Origin: Eledone cirrhosa
Taxonomy: Eukaryota
Assembly: GCA_964016885.1 (NCBI GenBank)
Contig: OZ024764.1
Span: 5,394,001 to 5,458,000 of the forward strand
Direction of reading: 5' to 3'
Length of the DNA stretch: 64,000 bases
A program made the translations under genes and the position numbers. Positions within the stretch are counted from its first letter, which is position 1; every line of letters begins with the position of its first letter. The notes under the pieces were generated by a model, which worked only from the letters and a program-made list of their open reading frames with translations, was not told the origin of the DNA and searched no databases. Of this stretch, positions 38,101 through 53,100 are shown piece by piece.

Positions 38101-41100
38101 CGTCAAAATAATTTGTAATAGTTCTGTCTGACGAACAAGCTGGATGTTTCTTACAAGGATGATCTGGTTTTTTGAAACCTTCAGTAATGAAATAATTATA
38201 TTGTGTTGTTTATTATGTAAAATATACGTAAATATACATATATATATATTTGAAAAAAGGAAAAGAATGACTTCACTGGTAGTTGGTATTCTAAACAATT
38301 TAATTTTACAATTTCACAATTTTGTTATGTACATCTACATAACAAAATTGTAAAATTATAAAACTAAATTGTTTAGAATACCAACTACCAGTGAAGTCAT
38401 TCTTTTCCTTTTTTTCAAATATACCTAACTGTACCAAGGATTTCACACATTTTCCAATCTCTCTCCCTCTCTCATATATATAAGTATAAAGTTCCCAGTC
38501 CACACTGGAAAGTCGTCGTGTAGGTGTCACAACAAAAAGCACTCAACATGTACTGTAAAGTGCCCATGTAGGTGCCATAACAAAAAGCACCCAGTACACA
38601 GTGTAAATGTGGTTGGTATTAGGAAGGGTATCCAGCTGTAGAAACCAAACCAATGTCAGTTCTCTATGAGCTAGACATGGTCATCTGACTTGGTTTGTCT
38701 CACAACAGGGCAACTTGTCTTACCAATGCTAGCAGAGAAATGAACATTAAACAGTGATGATGATATATGTAATTATGTTCTATCTGTCTTGCCCCTGGAA
38801 AAAAAATATAGTAGACACTTGACAAAAGGCCCATGTAGTTTGGCTTTACCTGAAACTACACGGTTATGAAACAAACTCCTTAGCCCCACAGCCACCAAGT
38901 CTGCATAATATATTTTAATATGTTTTCATATGCCAACTATTTTCAGCTGCAACTTATTTTTAATGTTCAACTCCCTGATAGTTATCTTGAAACTCTACAT
39001 AACATGTTTCCAAAACATGTTAATCCTGAAACAATACAGGAATTTTATAAGCAAGTATCAACAAAGGTAAGCCAATTTTGATATTGTAGCAGTTCTATAA
39101 GTCTTCTTGGTTTGAGATTTTCCCTTTAATGTTCAAACCGGCCAAAACCGGCCAGAATTTTCTACCCTTTTCTGTTGAAACTGGATATAACTGGTCATTC
39201 AAACTGATGTTAAGGTATTGTTCTCAAAATAAATACTTTCAAAATCTCATAGATTCGATATCATGTGAGATAATTATGCGAGGTAAAGCCTCTACCATGA
39301 AAATATAATAGTATATATAGAGTAATGTGTATGTTAAAGGGTTAAGCTGGCATGATGATATCATAGTGATTGCCAAATCTTCAGTCCAGAAAGTTGGTTC
39401 ACTCTGTTGTATAAGAATATCTTATTTCTTTATAAATTTACCAAATAGATTGAATAAGAAAATACTGTATACACTCATATGTGGTATGTGTTGCATGTAT
39501 TAGCAACAGAATTTTTAAGTGAAGTACTAAAATATTTTCACTTTGGTGGTGAATATTACACCTGTTTCACTTTGGTGGTTAATATTACACCGGTTTCACT
39601 TTGGAGGTGAAAATTACACCTGTTTCACTTTGGAGGTGAAATTTGTTTTTCTTATTGCTTTCTGTGTTTTGAATGAATATGGCCTTCAAAAGAGTCAGAA
39701 ATTGGTAAAAACATTATGTAATGGAGTTGTGAAACAAAAACTATTCTTTAAATGACACTTAAAACCTTTTAAATATCAAAATATAAAAACTTTATAAATA
39801 TATTCTCCATTCATGAGAATTTCACAACTGCACCATCTAAACATAATGTGTTTATATGTTGCCTTGTCTTATATACAGGGTTTGGATTTTTGCCCATCTC
39901 TCAGACATAAAATGGTGGAGGTCAGCTCTTATTTGTTTATATACAGTAGTTAGAAATGTTGTTCTATAGAGGCAGTCAGATGACTCTATCTAGTGTTGAG
40001 AACTTAATGAAAGTGTAAAGATCAGATAGAAAATATATGATTGATGGAGAAAATAGTAATAAATGTTGATTCTCTTCCTTGTTTGTTTTACCTCTTTAGA
40101 GACAGAGTGATAAAATACCAGCTATTTATACTACTGATCAACTAAGGACGATATTATCTGCTGTAAGTATACATACAATATTTTGACAGCACACTAGCCA
40201 AGTCAACAACACATACATATCTTTTGAGAGTGTATAGCTTAGTGGTTGGAGAGTTGGTTTCGCAATCATAAGGTTGTAAATTCAATTCTCAGAAGAGGGG
40301 ATGTGTTGTTTCCTTGAGCAAAACACTTTATTATTCATGTTGCTCCCATTCACACAACTGTAGAAATGTGATGCCAAGCACTATTAGACTTTACCTTGGA
40401 CAACATTAATGGTATGAAGAAGGTAAACTGATGTACATGGGCAACTGTTGGTCTTTCACAAAAACACCTTGCCCAGACTTGTGCCTTGTACTTGTACTTT
40501 CTAGGTGCAAGTCCCATAATTCAGAGCATACTTATACACTGTTATCATGGGAACAACAATAATTATATTTTGTAATACATATGACGAGGCAGGAGACAGA
40601 AATTTTCTCATATTAATTAAATTCTTGCCTATACTACAGTTTTAAACCAAGAGAAAAATACTATTTACCATAATTAAAATATACCAGATAATTAGTAAAT
40701 TTAAGATAATCTTCATCATCAGTAGACATGTTTTTTAGTGCAACAAAATAAATATTATCTCGCTCTCTCTCTATATATATATTATGGAGGCACATGGCTT
40801 AGTGGTTAGAGCATTGGCCTTGCAATCGAAAGGTTGTGAGTTCAATTCTCAGACCGGGTGATGTGTTGTTTCCTTGAGCAAGACACTTTATTTCACATTG
40901 CTCCAGTTTACTCAGCTGTAGAAATGTGAAAGTGGTCGTGGAGGTGCCACGGCAAACAAAAAAAAGCACCCACCACTCACTGTAAATGAGGTTGGTGTTA
41001 GGAAGGGCATCCAGCTGTAGAAATCAAGCCAGAATCAGTTCCCGTCCCACCCTTGCAGGCAGGGAAAAAGCGGACGTAAAATGAAATGATGATGATGATG

Positions 41101-44100
41101 AAGCAATCACAGGGGAGGGATAATTTGTAAAGTGTTTCATGTGTTTATTTTAAATATATATATATATCTCAATCAATTTCATTCATTTCGTTTTTACGCC
41201 CGCTTTTTCTCTGCTTGCAAGGGTGGGAGACGGGAACTGATTCTGGCTTGATTTCTAGAGCTGGATGCCCTTCCTAACACCAACCTCATTTACAGTGAGT
41301 GCTGGGTGCTTTTTTGCCGTGGCACCTCCACGACCACTTTGCAGTGGAATGATATGAACCCCAGTCCCTATCATCTCATTTCTACAGCTGAGTAAACTGG
41401 AACAATGTGAAATAAAGTGTCTTGCTCAAGGAAACAACACACCACCCGGTCTAAGAATTGAACTCACAACCTTTCCATTGCCAGGCCAATGCTCTAACCA
41501 CTAAGCCATGTGCCTCCATATATGTCAATCAATTTCTAGTTTATATAAAATGCTCGGATCTATTCATTGGAATCTTTGAGCTTATTCTACGGTGGATATG
41601 GTGCATGTCTCGGACATGACTCCCTTAATTTAACTAAATTTTGGATATATACACAGCCCCTTAATTGTAGAGCTAACTCAGTTGAAAGGACTCGGCTGCT
41701 ATTTCTAGCTGTCGATAACCCTATTCACGCCACTGGGATGACGTTGACACGATGTGTGTAGTTTTAGGGATGCAACACGTGCAACTGGTCATTTGCAGAT
41801 TTGCATTTGATGTGTAAACACAGATAGTTGATTCTTCCCCCCTTGCTGAAGATCCGGGATTTTGACTACTGTGACTTTACGGATTAATGGTGAAATATAT
41901 TTCTCTATACAAGGAAGATTAATCATTTTTAAAAGGTAATATTTGAAGTTCTAGTTAAACTTTAATTAGTTACCTACCTAGCTATGTGTAATTACACACT
42001 TTACAAATTATTCCCTGTGATTGTTTCATATGTTTATTTTAAAAATATATATATGTCAATCATATATATGTTTGTGTATGCGTTTGTGTGTGTGTGTTCA
42101 TGTCTGTGTGTTTGTATTCTATCTTTGCTCACTAGTGTGTGTTTATGTGTGGTTGTTGTTGTACCTGTGTATATTTATATTTACCTTAGGTCAGTATTGT
42201 GTGTTTATGTATGGTTGTTGTTGTACCTGTGTATATTTATTTATATTTACCTTAGGTCAGTATTGTGTGTTTATGTATGGTTGTTGTTGTACCTGTGTAT
42301 ATTTATTTATATTTACCTTAGGTCAGTATTGTGTGTTTATGTATGGTTGTTGTTGTACCTGTGTATATTTATTTATATTTACCTTAGGTCAGTATTGTTT
42401 GTGTATGGTGGTAGTTGTTATTCCATTCATTTTTTCTGTTTAGCTTTGGCCTTCTAAGTTCTATTTCACTGGCCTCTCTGATTTACCTATCTGCTGGGTC
42501 ATTTCTATGTTTATATATTATTTTAATTTCTATGTTGTCTATGTTACCATCATGTCTTTGTCCGGCATGTTTGTATAGTAGCGAACTGTCTTTTTGTCCT
42601 TTTAGTTTCCCCCCAGTGTTGGTCTAATCTCTCTCCTATGCTACGAGCTGTCTCACCTATGTATGTCATTGTCATGTTTCTGCAGGTAACCTCTGTACAT
42701 CTTATGCTATAGACTACATTTCTAGCTTTACAGTTTATTTGTGGATTTATTCCACAAACACATTTCTTATTCATACAGTGGGTTTTCTTAAAGGGGTAAA
42801 ACACACACACAGACGCATGCACAGAGACAAGAATAAATAAATAAATAAAAATGGAATAGACATTACAACACAATGGGAGGAAACGTAATAGTACCCCTGA
42901 TGATGTCACAGGTGTGTGATGAAAGAACTTTGATAGACTATATATATATATATATTAACCATTGGTCAACTAATGATAAACATTGATTTCCAGCTAAATT
43001 AACTATAGAGATATAAAATATACAGTGAATGTGTTTTATTATTTATTAGGGTGGTGAATTGGCAGTAACGGTAGAGGGTTGGATGCCATGCTTTCTAGCA
43101 TAGTTACATCCCTTTACAGTCTGAGTTCAAATCCCGCCGAGGTTAACTTTGCCTTTCATCCTTACGGTTTCGATAAAATAAAGTACCAGTAATGTACTGG
43201 GTAATTGCTGGCCTTGTGCCTAAAGTAGAAACAATTATTATTTCTGACAATATAACAATATGACCCTCCCTAAATATAACAATATATATATATATATATA
43301 TACAGGGTGGGTGGAAAGTAACGCCCTATTGAAAATTACTTTTGGCCTAATATGACCACTTTGGACAACCTCAATGACCTCAGATTCATGCATGCACTCT
43401 TTGTGAGTGGCTTCATGTCCATTTTCCAGGATGTTCGCTAGGCTGTCAAATAAAATGTTTTATGAAAATTGACCAATAATTGATACATTTTGTAACAACT
43501 TTAAATCGGTAGTTTCTTTCCACCCACTCTGTATATACACTTGTTTTATGCCATGCAGTGAATTATATCTGATATAGTAGAAGAGAGAAGACTGCATTGG
43601 TATGGACATGGGATGCACATGGATGATGACTGAGGGGTAAAGTGCCAGGAAATCCCAGTGGAAGCAAGCCACAGTAGAGGAAGACCAAGGAAGACGTGGC
43701 CTGAGGTGGTGCAAGCTTATCTGAAATTGCTTAAACTCAACAGAGATGACAAAGGATCGTGGCAAGGGAAGAGCTGTGCTGTAAAAAGATCCGTCCAATC
43801 CCTGCAAGTGTATGTAAAAACGATGATGGTGGTGGCTGTGGTGATGTTGGGGGCAGGGGGTCTAATTGTTTGTGTCTTTGCCTACCTCAGCCCAAAGAAA
43901 ATATTAAATTAGTTTCTTTTCTTATTTACAGTTTGATCTGGTTACCCTATTTGAGGACATACTGAATGTGGCCAATGAAGACATCAACAATGTTTATTTT
44001 GTAATAGAAGACATAAAGACCCTTAAATGGTTGAACAATATCATACGGGAAACAGAGCAAAAGTAAGGTCTAAATTTTTATTCTATTACAGATTTCTCAT

Positions 44101-47100
44101 TAGGCTGTGCCCATTCTAGGACACTGCCTTAAAATTGATCATATTGACCCTAATATATTTTTTCAAGTTATATTTTGTGTGGTGGGCTTTGGTTGGTATA
44201 GGTTTGTTGTTTTCATTTACCTTTATTTATGTGTATATATAATCGTTATCATCATTTTACACCTGCTTTTCCCTGCCTACAAGGGTGTGACGGGATCTAT
44301 TCAGTACAGTCATGGTCTTTCGTCATCTCCTCTGCAAGCTTCAGTGATCTGAGATCAGCTCTCACCACCTCCGTCCATGTTTTCCATGGTCTTCTTCTAC
44401 TGCATCTTCCTTCCACTGGGATTACTTGGCACTTCTTCACCCAGTGGTCATCATCCATGCACATCACATGTCCATACGAACGTAGTCTTTTCTCCAGCAC
44501 ACTACAATTTATTCCTCTTATACACAGCTTCACTCTCAACTCGTCCATGCTTGGTCGTTCACACACATTGACATTGCACATCCATCGGTGCATGCTTGCT
44601 TCATTTCTCTCCAGCCTTCGCACATCCTCCACAGTTGCTGCCCATGTCTCACTACCAAGCAGCATCACACATCTCACACAGGCATCATACAACCAACCTT
44701 TTGTTCATAGGGAGAGGAATGTAGTTCAATTATTCATAGCTGCTGCTGGTCACTTCTTTTATGTTTATAGGGGTATTTTACCTAATTATCTGAGCTATTA
44801 ACATTTATAGCAATTAATTTTCTATGTAATTAATTTTATATCTCGCTCATTCCATTTATTACTACTAAATTTTCATTTCAGGGATTTCCTGATTCTAGTG
44901 TTTCTCGAAATATTTGGCAATCTTTTCTCAGATTACCCAAATCTTTCCAACCAACCAGTGGAACACTTTGAGGTGATTATGTAGCTTTAGTCTGCTTCAC
45001 CAACTTTTTTTAATCTTTTTTGTTGTTACCTCTCATTGATGTTTTATAAATATTTTCATGGGAACTTTTCTTTGTTGCCTCATTTCCATGAGTTTGTAAG
45101 ACTTCACTTACACTTAACAGTGTGTAGGATAACTTGCACAATCTTTGTTCACATATAAAAACATAATAACAACAATGATAAAATATAATAAAATATCTAT
45201 TGTAGTTTCCTGGTTAGTCAGAGTATTTCTTCATGTCTTGGGAGGATCGTGCTTGCGGTGCAATCCCAATAAATAAATAAAAACTTTTCAAAAGTTACTG
45301 CCCTCGCATGGCCACAACCTAAATGCTATAAAAACTATACACATATCTTTATTTATTTGTGTATTATGATTTTATATTTATCAACTCTTTTCTCCTTATC
45401 AGTTTATTAATTCAACAAAAGAAACTAACTTGTGTTTCAACATTGCGACACTGATGAATGATGTACTCAGCTGGATGTATAGAAGAAAACATTTTGATGT
45501 GCAACAACATTACATGGTAAATAGAATAATGTTTCTGTAAGATAATGACAAACAGTGCTGGACTTACCTTACTTTAAAACTTAGGACCACACACCTCAGG
45601 AGCCTCAATTTAAAAATAAATATTTTAATTTTTCTATCTGCAAATGGAAAAATCAATTCATTAGTTAAAAGGAACATTTTGTAATAATTTATTTTTCTCT
45701 TAACATTTATTTCACTAGCCATATATTAAATTAAATTATAATAAAGGTGCATAAAAGAAAAAGGATCATACACAATTTACAAAGAAAAGAATAAAAAGTT
45801 CTCAGGAATGGAGTTAAGTAGTTTATTATAACCTTAATTTATTTTTATGTCCTGATATTTCAAGATTAACATCTCTTCTTCCAACGAAAATAAAGGAACT
45901 ATTCCAGTGTCTCATGCAACTTGCTATACCATGCTGCCCAGAAGTAGTTTTATTATTAAAACTACATATGTATTTAAATATACTAGCTGGACCCGTGAAA
46001 AAATTCACGGATAATCCCGTCTCTCTCTATTAAAACCCCCCTCTCTCTATATAGAAACCCATCCCTTTCTCTATATATTAAAACCACCCTCTCTATATAT
46101 TATAACACATGGAATTCTTGTGCTGCAGTGGCCCTTAAATTAAATTTTAACACTTCCTTATGACATACAAACTTTATAACTGCTGTTTGTAGTTTAAACC
46201 CATTTATTTGTTATTGTTTTTAAAAACCTGCCCAAATTGTTGTGCACCTTATAAACCATCAAATATGGTACATCCATGTATAGATACAGTTCTCTTTTCT
46301 TTATATTGTATATCCAGGCCGATTCCATTGGTGTTTATCTGTTGGAAGCAACAAAAGAAGTTATAGAAGAAACTGACTGGTTAGACAACTGGAGTAAAAC
46401 ATCTGCCTTAGCAAAACTCAAGGTAAATTTTTCTGCAGGGACTTTTCCTTTTTTTAAAAATTATTTACTGGTTTCAGTCATTAGACTACGGCCATGTTGG
46501 GGGAACCACACTCTTTTATTTATTTACTGGTTTCAGTCATTAGACTACGGCCATGTTAGGGGTACCACACTCTTTTATTTATTTACTGGTTTCAGTCATT
46601 AGACTACGGCCATGTTAGGTGTACCACACTCTTATGAGAGGGTCTGGTCAGTTGGCCATGCGTACCCTGCTTGTAGTAGAACTATAAAACTAGATGGTCC
46701 CATTAGGAGGTAGGTCTGGCCAGTTGGCCACGTTGTACCCTGATCATAGTGGGACCTGTGTTTTGGTTGGGATTTTTACAATTGCTGGATGCCTTTTCTA
46801 ACACCAACCACACGAATATTGTGGGACTGGGTGGTCCCACTTATGAATCAAGTCTGGCAAGTAGTGAGCCTTGTTACTCTGGAGTTTCACCTGCAGGATC
46901 ATCAGACAAGAGTCTTATCTGATGAGCCTGCAAGTGTGTAAGTGAAACTCCAGAGTAACAAGGTTCACCACTTAGTCATAATAAATGAATATTCAAACTC
47001 TACTTCAGCATTGAGTACTTTTTCTCACATTCATCAATAACACACGGATAGATATATTTCTTATTCTCCAAAATGGCTGACAGAATTCACATATTTTTCA

Positions 47101-50100
47101 TCAAAACTTTCTCAAAATCTTTTCTCTGTTCCTTCCTCTTCTTACTCTCTATCTGTCTATTTCACCTTTTATTTCTCATTCTATCCTCTGATGGTTATTT
47201 CTTTACACACCCACACACATATATTTAGTGTATATGTGTGTGTATATATATCATCATCATCATCATCATCACCGTTTTACGTCCGTTCTTCCACGCTAGC
47301 ATGGGTTAGACAGGTTGTCCTGTTGTGGGCAGTGTCTGGTCGGCTGACCATGCCTTGCTCATACAGGAACTGATCTGGCTTGATTTCTACAGCTGGATGC
47401 CCTTCCTAACACCAACCTCATTTACAGTGAGTGCTGGGTGCTTTTTCGTGGCGCCTACACGTCCACTTTACAGTGTGGGCTGGGTGCTTTTTTGCCGTGG
47501 CACCTCCACGACCACCTTGCGGTGGGGGGGGGGGGGATATTGTTTATATGCTTCAGCATGTACCCATGGGAGGTCGGGTACCCTGTATTACTGCGTGACG
47601 CCAGAAGACACGGTCGTGTGTCATTGACTTTGAGAGGTGTAGTTGGGTAAGGTCGGCTTTTATCACCTCATCCCAAGTCATCTTGGGTCTCCCCACTCCG
47701 CGGTTTCCATCAACTTCTAGTGCTCTGCACCTTTTTATGCAGCTGTCATCCTTCATACGCATCACATGTCCATACCAGCGTAACCGCCTCTCCTGCACGC
47801 AGCATTTGATTCCTCTTATGCTCAGTCTCTCTCTCAATTCCTTTATGCTTTGTCGTTCACGTATATTACTGTTACACATCCATCGGAGCATGCAGGCTTC
47901 GTTTCTCTCTAATCTACGTAAGTCTTCCACCTTCAGCGCCCAGGTCTCACTACCATACAACATCGCTGTTCGGATACACGCATCATACAGTCTGCCTTTC
48001 ATTCTGAGGGAGAAGCCTTTTGCAGCTAGCAGTGGTAGTAGTTCCCTAAACTTCTTCCATCCCGTTCTTACCCTAGTTATTGTACTTTCTGAGCACCCAC
48101 CTCCGTTGCTAATTCGGTCACCTAGGTAGCAGAAGCTGTCTACTGTTTCTACAGGGCCCTCCCAGAGATTGGTGGTACTTGTTTCCTGTGGCTGTTTGCT
48201 TGCTGTTTCAGCACAGCTGCTGTATGTGAATCCTACATTCTTAATTAAGCTTCCTGAGATCCCGCTACATCTCTTGTGTACCCATTGTTTGCATTTGGGG
48301 CAGAGAATGGAGTTCCTACCTACACCTTTCCTACATACTGAGCAAGGCCATTTCCCTGAGGGGATCTGGGTTCTGTTTTCTCGTCTACTTATAAGGACCT
48401 TAGTCTTTGTCATGTTGACTTTGAGGCCCTTTCTCTCTAGTCCCTGCTTCCAGGTTTGGAATTTATTCTCTAGTTCTACCATAGATTCAGCTATGAGTGC
48501 GAGGTCATCAGCATACAGGAGTTCCCATGGGCATCCGGTCTTAAACTCCTCCGTTATTGCCTGCAGGACTATGATGAACAGGAGAGGGCTAAGAACAGAG
48601 CCCTGGTGGACCCCAACCTGTACGCTAAATTCCTCGCTATACTCATTGCCAATCCTAACTTTGCTGACTGCTCCCCTATACATGGCTTGTACCGCTTTCA
48701 CAAGCCATTCATCTACTCCTAGTTTTCTAAGAGCCCACCAGATTACTGCACGTGGAACTCTGTCAAAGGCTTTCTCAAGGTCGACAAATGCCAAGTAGAG
48801 TGGCTTACTTTTAGCTAGGTACTTTTCCTGTAATTGCCTCACAAGGAAGAGGGCATCAGTGGTGCCTTTCCCTGGTACAAACCCAAATTGCATCTCGTCT
48901 ATATTCACCCGGTCCCTAATCAGCTGTGCTATAACTCTTTCTGTTACTTTCATGACCTGGTCCATCAACTTTATACCTCTATAGTTTCCTCTATCTAGTG
49001 CATCGCCTTTACCTTTGTAGCAGTTGACAATGATGCTATTGCACCAATCTTTTGGTATGGCCCCCTCTAGTATTACCTGGTTAACGATACGTGTGGTTAT
49101 AGTGTGACCTACAGACCCAGATGCCTTCAGCATCTCGGCAGCTACACCCGATGGACCGGTTGCCTTCCCTATCTTCATATCTCTGATTGCCTTACTTACT
49201 ACGCTGCCGCTGACTTGTACTGCTGGTCCCTCTATAGGGTCTACTTGGGGTAGGGTCTCTTCTTCCCATGCATTCTCCTCATTTAGTAATCTATCATAAT
49301 GACTCTTCCATGCATCTTTCTTCTCAGCACTTGTGAGGGCAAGCTCACCTTTATCATTCCGGATACACTTCTCTCCAATGACATCACAACTATCTCTGAC
49401 ACACTGCCTCGCAATCTTGAATACCTCCTGTTTCTGGTCCTCACGTTGTAAAACATGCTTGAATTTTCTATCCTCTGCTTCCCTCCTAGCTAAGTATACT
49501 TGTCGCCTAGCTTCCCTCTTGGTCTCTATGTAATGTACCCTGCTCCCCCCGTTCTTCCATTCTTTCCATGCCTGTCTCTTGGCCTTGACTGCTTCATCTA
49601 CCTTATTGTTCCACCACCAAGTCACTCTCCTCCTGCTTGAGGTCTTACTCCAGCCACAAACCTCATCCGTCGCCTCTAGTAAGTTATTTTTTAGGAACTC
49701 CCAGTTCTCTTCTACGTTAAATGTCTCTATCTGTTCTTCTTTACTGTCGTAGGCGTTGAGTAAAATATCTTTAAATCTGTTACTGGTTGAGGGGACTTTC
49801 AGCTTCCAGATCTTTCTTCTCCAGGTTGGCCTCTGTTTCAGGGCTCGTCTAGTTCTGACCGTGAGGTCGCTGACAACTAAGCTATGTTGGGATGTACATT
49901 CCTCACTAGGGAAGGCTTTTGTGTTTACGACCGTCCATCTGTCACGTCCTCTGATGAGGATAAAATCTAGCGTATCTGTTATTCTTTCCCAATATAATAT
50001 ATATATAATAATAGTTTCACCTCACTAAGACAATGTCACTGGATCAAGATCTTTGGCACCACACAGTAATACAGAAGACCCGCCTTGCCTATGTACAAAG

Positions 50101-53100
50101 CGAAACCTACAGTCAGTAGGCACCTCTTAACCAAATATACACCCCATCCCACTGCCCCTACTCCATCCTCCCATTCCCACCAACACCACCCTTTCTCTGT
50201 AAAGTTATGTTGGAACCACAACATCCAGACCAATCTAAAGAGGTCGTGTAGGTGTCACAACAAAAAACACCCAGTCCACACTGTAAAGTGGTCGTGGAGG
50301 TGCCATGGAAAAAAAGCTGATACCAATCAAATTGTTTGAGACAATCACAAAACACTCAGTGGTGCAAAACTTTAATACATTTTCATCCAGAGTAAACATA
50401 AAATTAAGAAAGAATAAAACAAGCAAATGAATGTGGCCATAGTTTCTAGCACAACAACAGTAAATACAAACAGGTAGGAGACATATATAGCGTGTGTTTT
50501 GTATACATGTGTGTATGTGTGTACACTTCACTTTTCAGTTTGTTGTCCTATGTATTACCATTTGTATTTTTATCAAATATTTTTGTTCAGGAGCTGGGAA
50601 ATAATATCAATATAGGTGTTCCTCAACCAAACCTTATCAAAGCAGACTTAATTAGAGGATATCAAAATGTAAGCTCACTTTTAACCTATCTTTCTAGAAA
50701 TTATTTCTCATGTTTACATTTAAATGATGTTGCTATGTGTATCTGGTTTAGAGTAGACACACTGTATCCTAGTGTCTTGTAAGAGGTAACTAAAAGGAAG
50801 GGTATTCAGTCGGAAAATATTGCCCAAAAGAAGACCCTGTGCTGTGTATGAAGTATATCATTAGGCCCACAAGGTTAACTCCCTGCTTTCGTATAGTAAT
50901 AAGGGGATTAAAACAGTTGGAGCTGCATGTGTATGTATGTAGTATTTTAGTTTTACGTTCTTCTGCGCCGTTCGGCACATCGAGCAGTAAGTAGTCACCA
51001 ATGGTCACGATAAGTGGCGCCTTTTTCGTATCCGTGCCAAGTGATGTTGGCTGCCATCTGGTCTTTTCGGAACATTCACTGCCAGGTGATCCTGGGGCAA
51101 CCCCACCTCCGTTTGCTGCCAGGTGGAGTCCAGTTCAACGCTGTTTTCGAGTGTTGTTTGTCGGGTAGGCACAGAATATGGCCAGCCAGGCGGCACTGGC
51201 ATTCCGTGACCATCTTCTGTAGCCTCCATGACTCGGCTCTCAGCAGGATTTCCTCGTATTTGCACCTGGTCGCGCCAGGACGCATGAAGGATCATGCTGT
51301 GCTCTTCCAGGTTTCACTTGCAGCACTGTTGGCAGTGCGATGTTCTTGTACAGGCACAGCTTGATCCTGGTGCTGATGCATGAAGATGACCAGACTGGGC
51401 GCATCTGCTGGAAAACTGCGGCTCCTTTACCGATCCAACAGTTGATATCATTGCTATTGCTTGCCAGGATGCTGTCCAGATAGGTGAAGTGATCGACTTC
51501 TTGCAGGTCTTGGTTGATTCTGATTGCTGGACCTGTATTGTTCACTGTTCTTATCACCTTGGTCTTTTTGGTGTTGATTCTCAGGCCGATCTTTTGCACA
51601 CCCTCTTGCAGATCTGCAGGGTGTTTAGCGATCAAAGCAATGTCATCAGCATACCAGTTCCCTCAGCCTCGACTGGCCTCTCCATGGGATTCCTCGACCG
51701 GGTCCTTCATCTGTTCGCCTTAGAATGAAATCAGCTGTCAACAGAAACAGCAACGGGTAGAGAATGCAACCGTCTGACTCCGGAGACAATGTCAAAGAAC
51801 TCCGTCACACCAGACTCAGCTTGCACGCAGCAGCTAGAGTCTACGTACAGGGCCTTGAAAATGGCGATGAATCTTGCACGAATGCACTATGAGTGCGCGA
51901 TATTTCACATCGATTCCCAATGTACACTGTTGAAGGCTTTCTGGAAATCAATGAAGTTGACCACCAAAGGTTGCTGGAATTCAATGCAGAGTTCAAAGAT
52001 GTTGCGTAGTGTGAAGATCTGTTCGGTACCAGAGTAATTGTTTCGAAAGCCGGCTTGTTCTTCCCGGAGCACAGAGTCGACAGCCTGCCAGAGTCAACGT
52101 AACAGCACAGTACAGAATGCCTTGCGTGGCACTGACAGCAATGTGATACTAAACCAGATTAGTTGCAGTCGGCCAGATTTCCCTTCTTCAGCAGTTTGAC
52201 GATGACACCGCGTTGTTATGTATATATGTATATTTTTCTGGTTTTATTGTTTTGTAATGGTCAATTGGCAGAATCAGTAGAGCGTCACACACCATACTTT
52301 ACAGCATAGAGTTGCTTCCCTTTACATTCTGAGTTCAAATCACGCTGAGGTTAGCTTTGCCTTTCAACCTTATGGGGTTGATACAATAAAGTACCAGTAA
52401 TGCACTGAGGTCAATTTAATCGACTTTCCCCTCCCCACAAACTGTGCCTAAGGAAGAAATCATTATTTTATAAATGTTCACCAATAGAGGGAGCCAGTTT
52501 CTAACATAGAAACAAGACTCTTTCAACTATGTAAATATGTATGAATATGTTTGTGTGTATGTGTGTGCTGGAATTGATGTTGTTTGTGTGAATCTGGATG
52601 TTTTGAATTATATGTGTACATTTGATGAGTTGTAGTGCACCTGAGCACTGTACACAATAATTTTCATTATCAGATGCATGTATCTATACATGTGTATATA
52701 CAGTTATGACATGCTAAATTTCTGAAATGTAAAACCTGCTACTTGAAATGTTGAGCTGGGGCATGGTGCACAAAAGGTTAGGAACCACTTATATCCAGGA
52801 TAATTAATATAGAGTGTAAAACAGTGGTTCCAAACCTTTTGTGCACCATGACACAACTTAACATCTCAAAAATTGTTATGTCCACTTTCCATATGAAATT
52901 TCCCAGCTTCAATATGACAATGCCTGCCTTTGATATGACAATGTCCCCTTTGATATGACAATGTCCCCTTTGATATGAATACAGCAATGATTAACTGCAA
53001 AGTATAAACAAATTGGTGTATAGGTAGTGCCAGATGCACAATAACATGTACAAGTGAGACAGGAGTTTCTGACAGTAATGACTACCATATAGGTGGTGTC

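Noticed and set aside
45982-46090. Possible Helitron/Helentron terminus (ACTAG..CCGTGAAAAAATTCACGG hairpin)
   Set aside because: Only one short end is visible; not enough to call.
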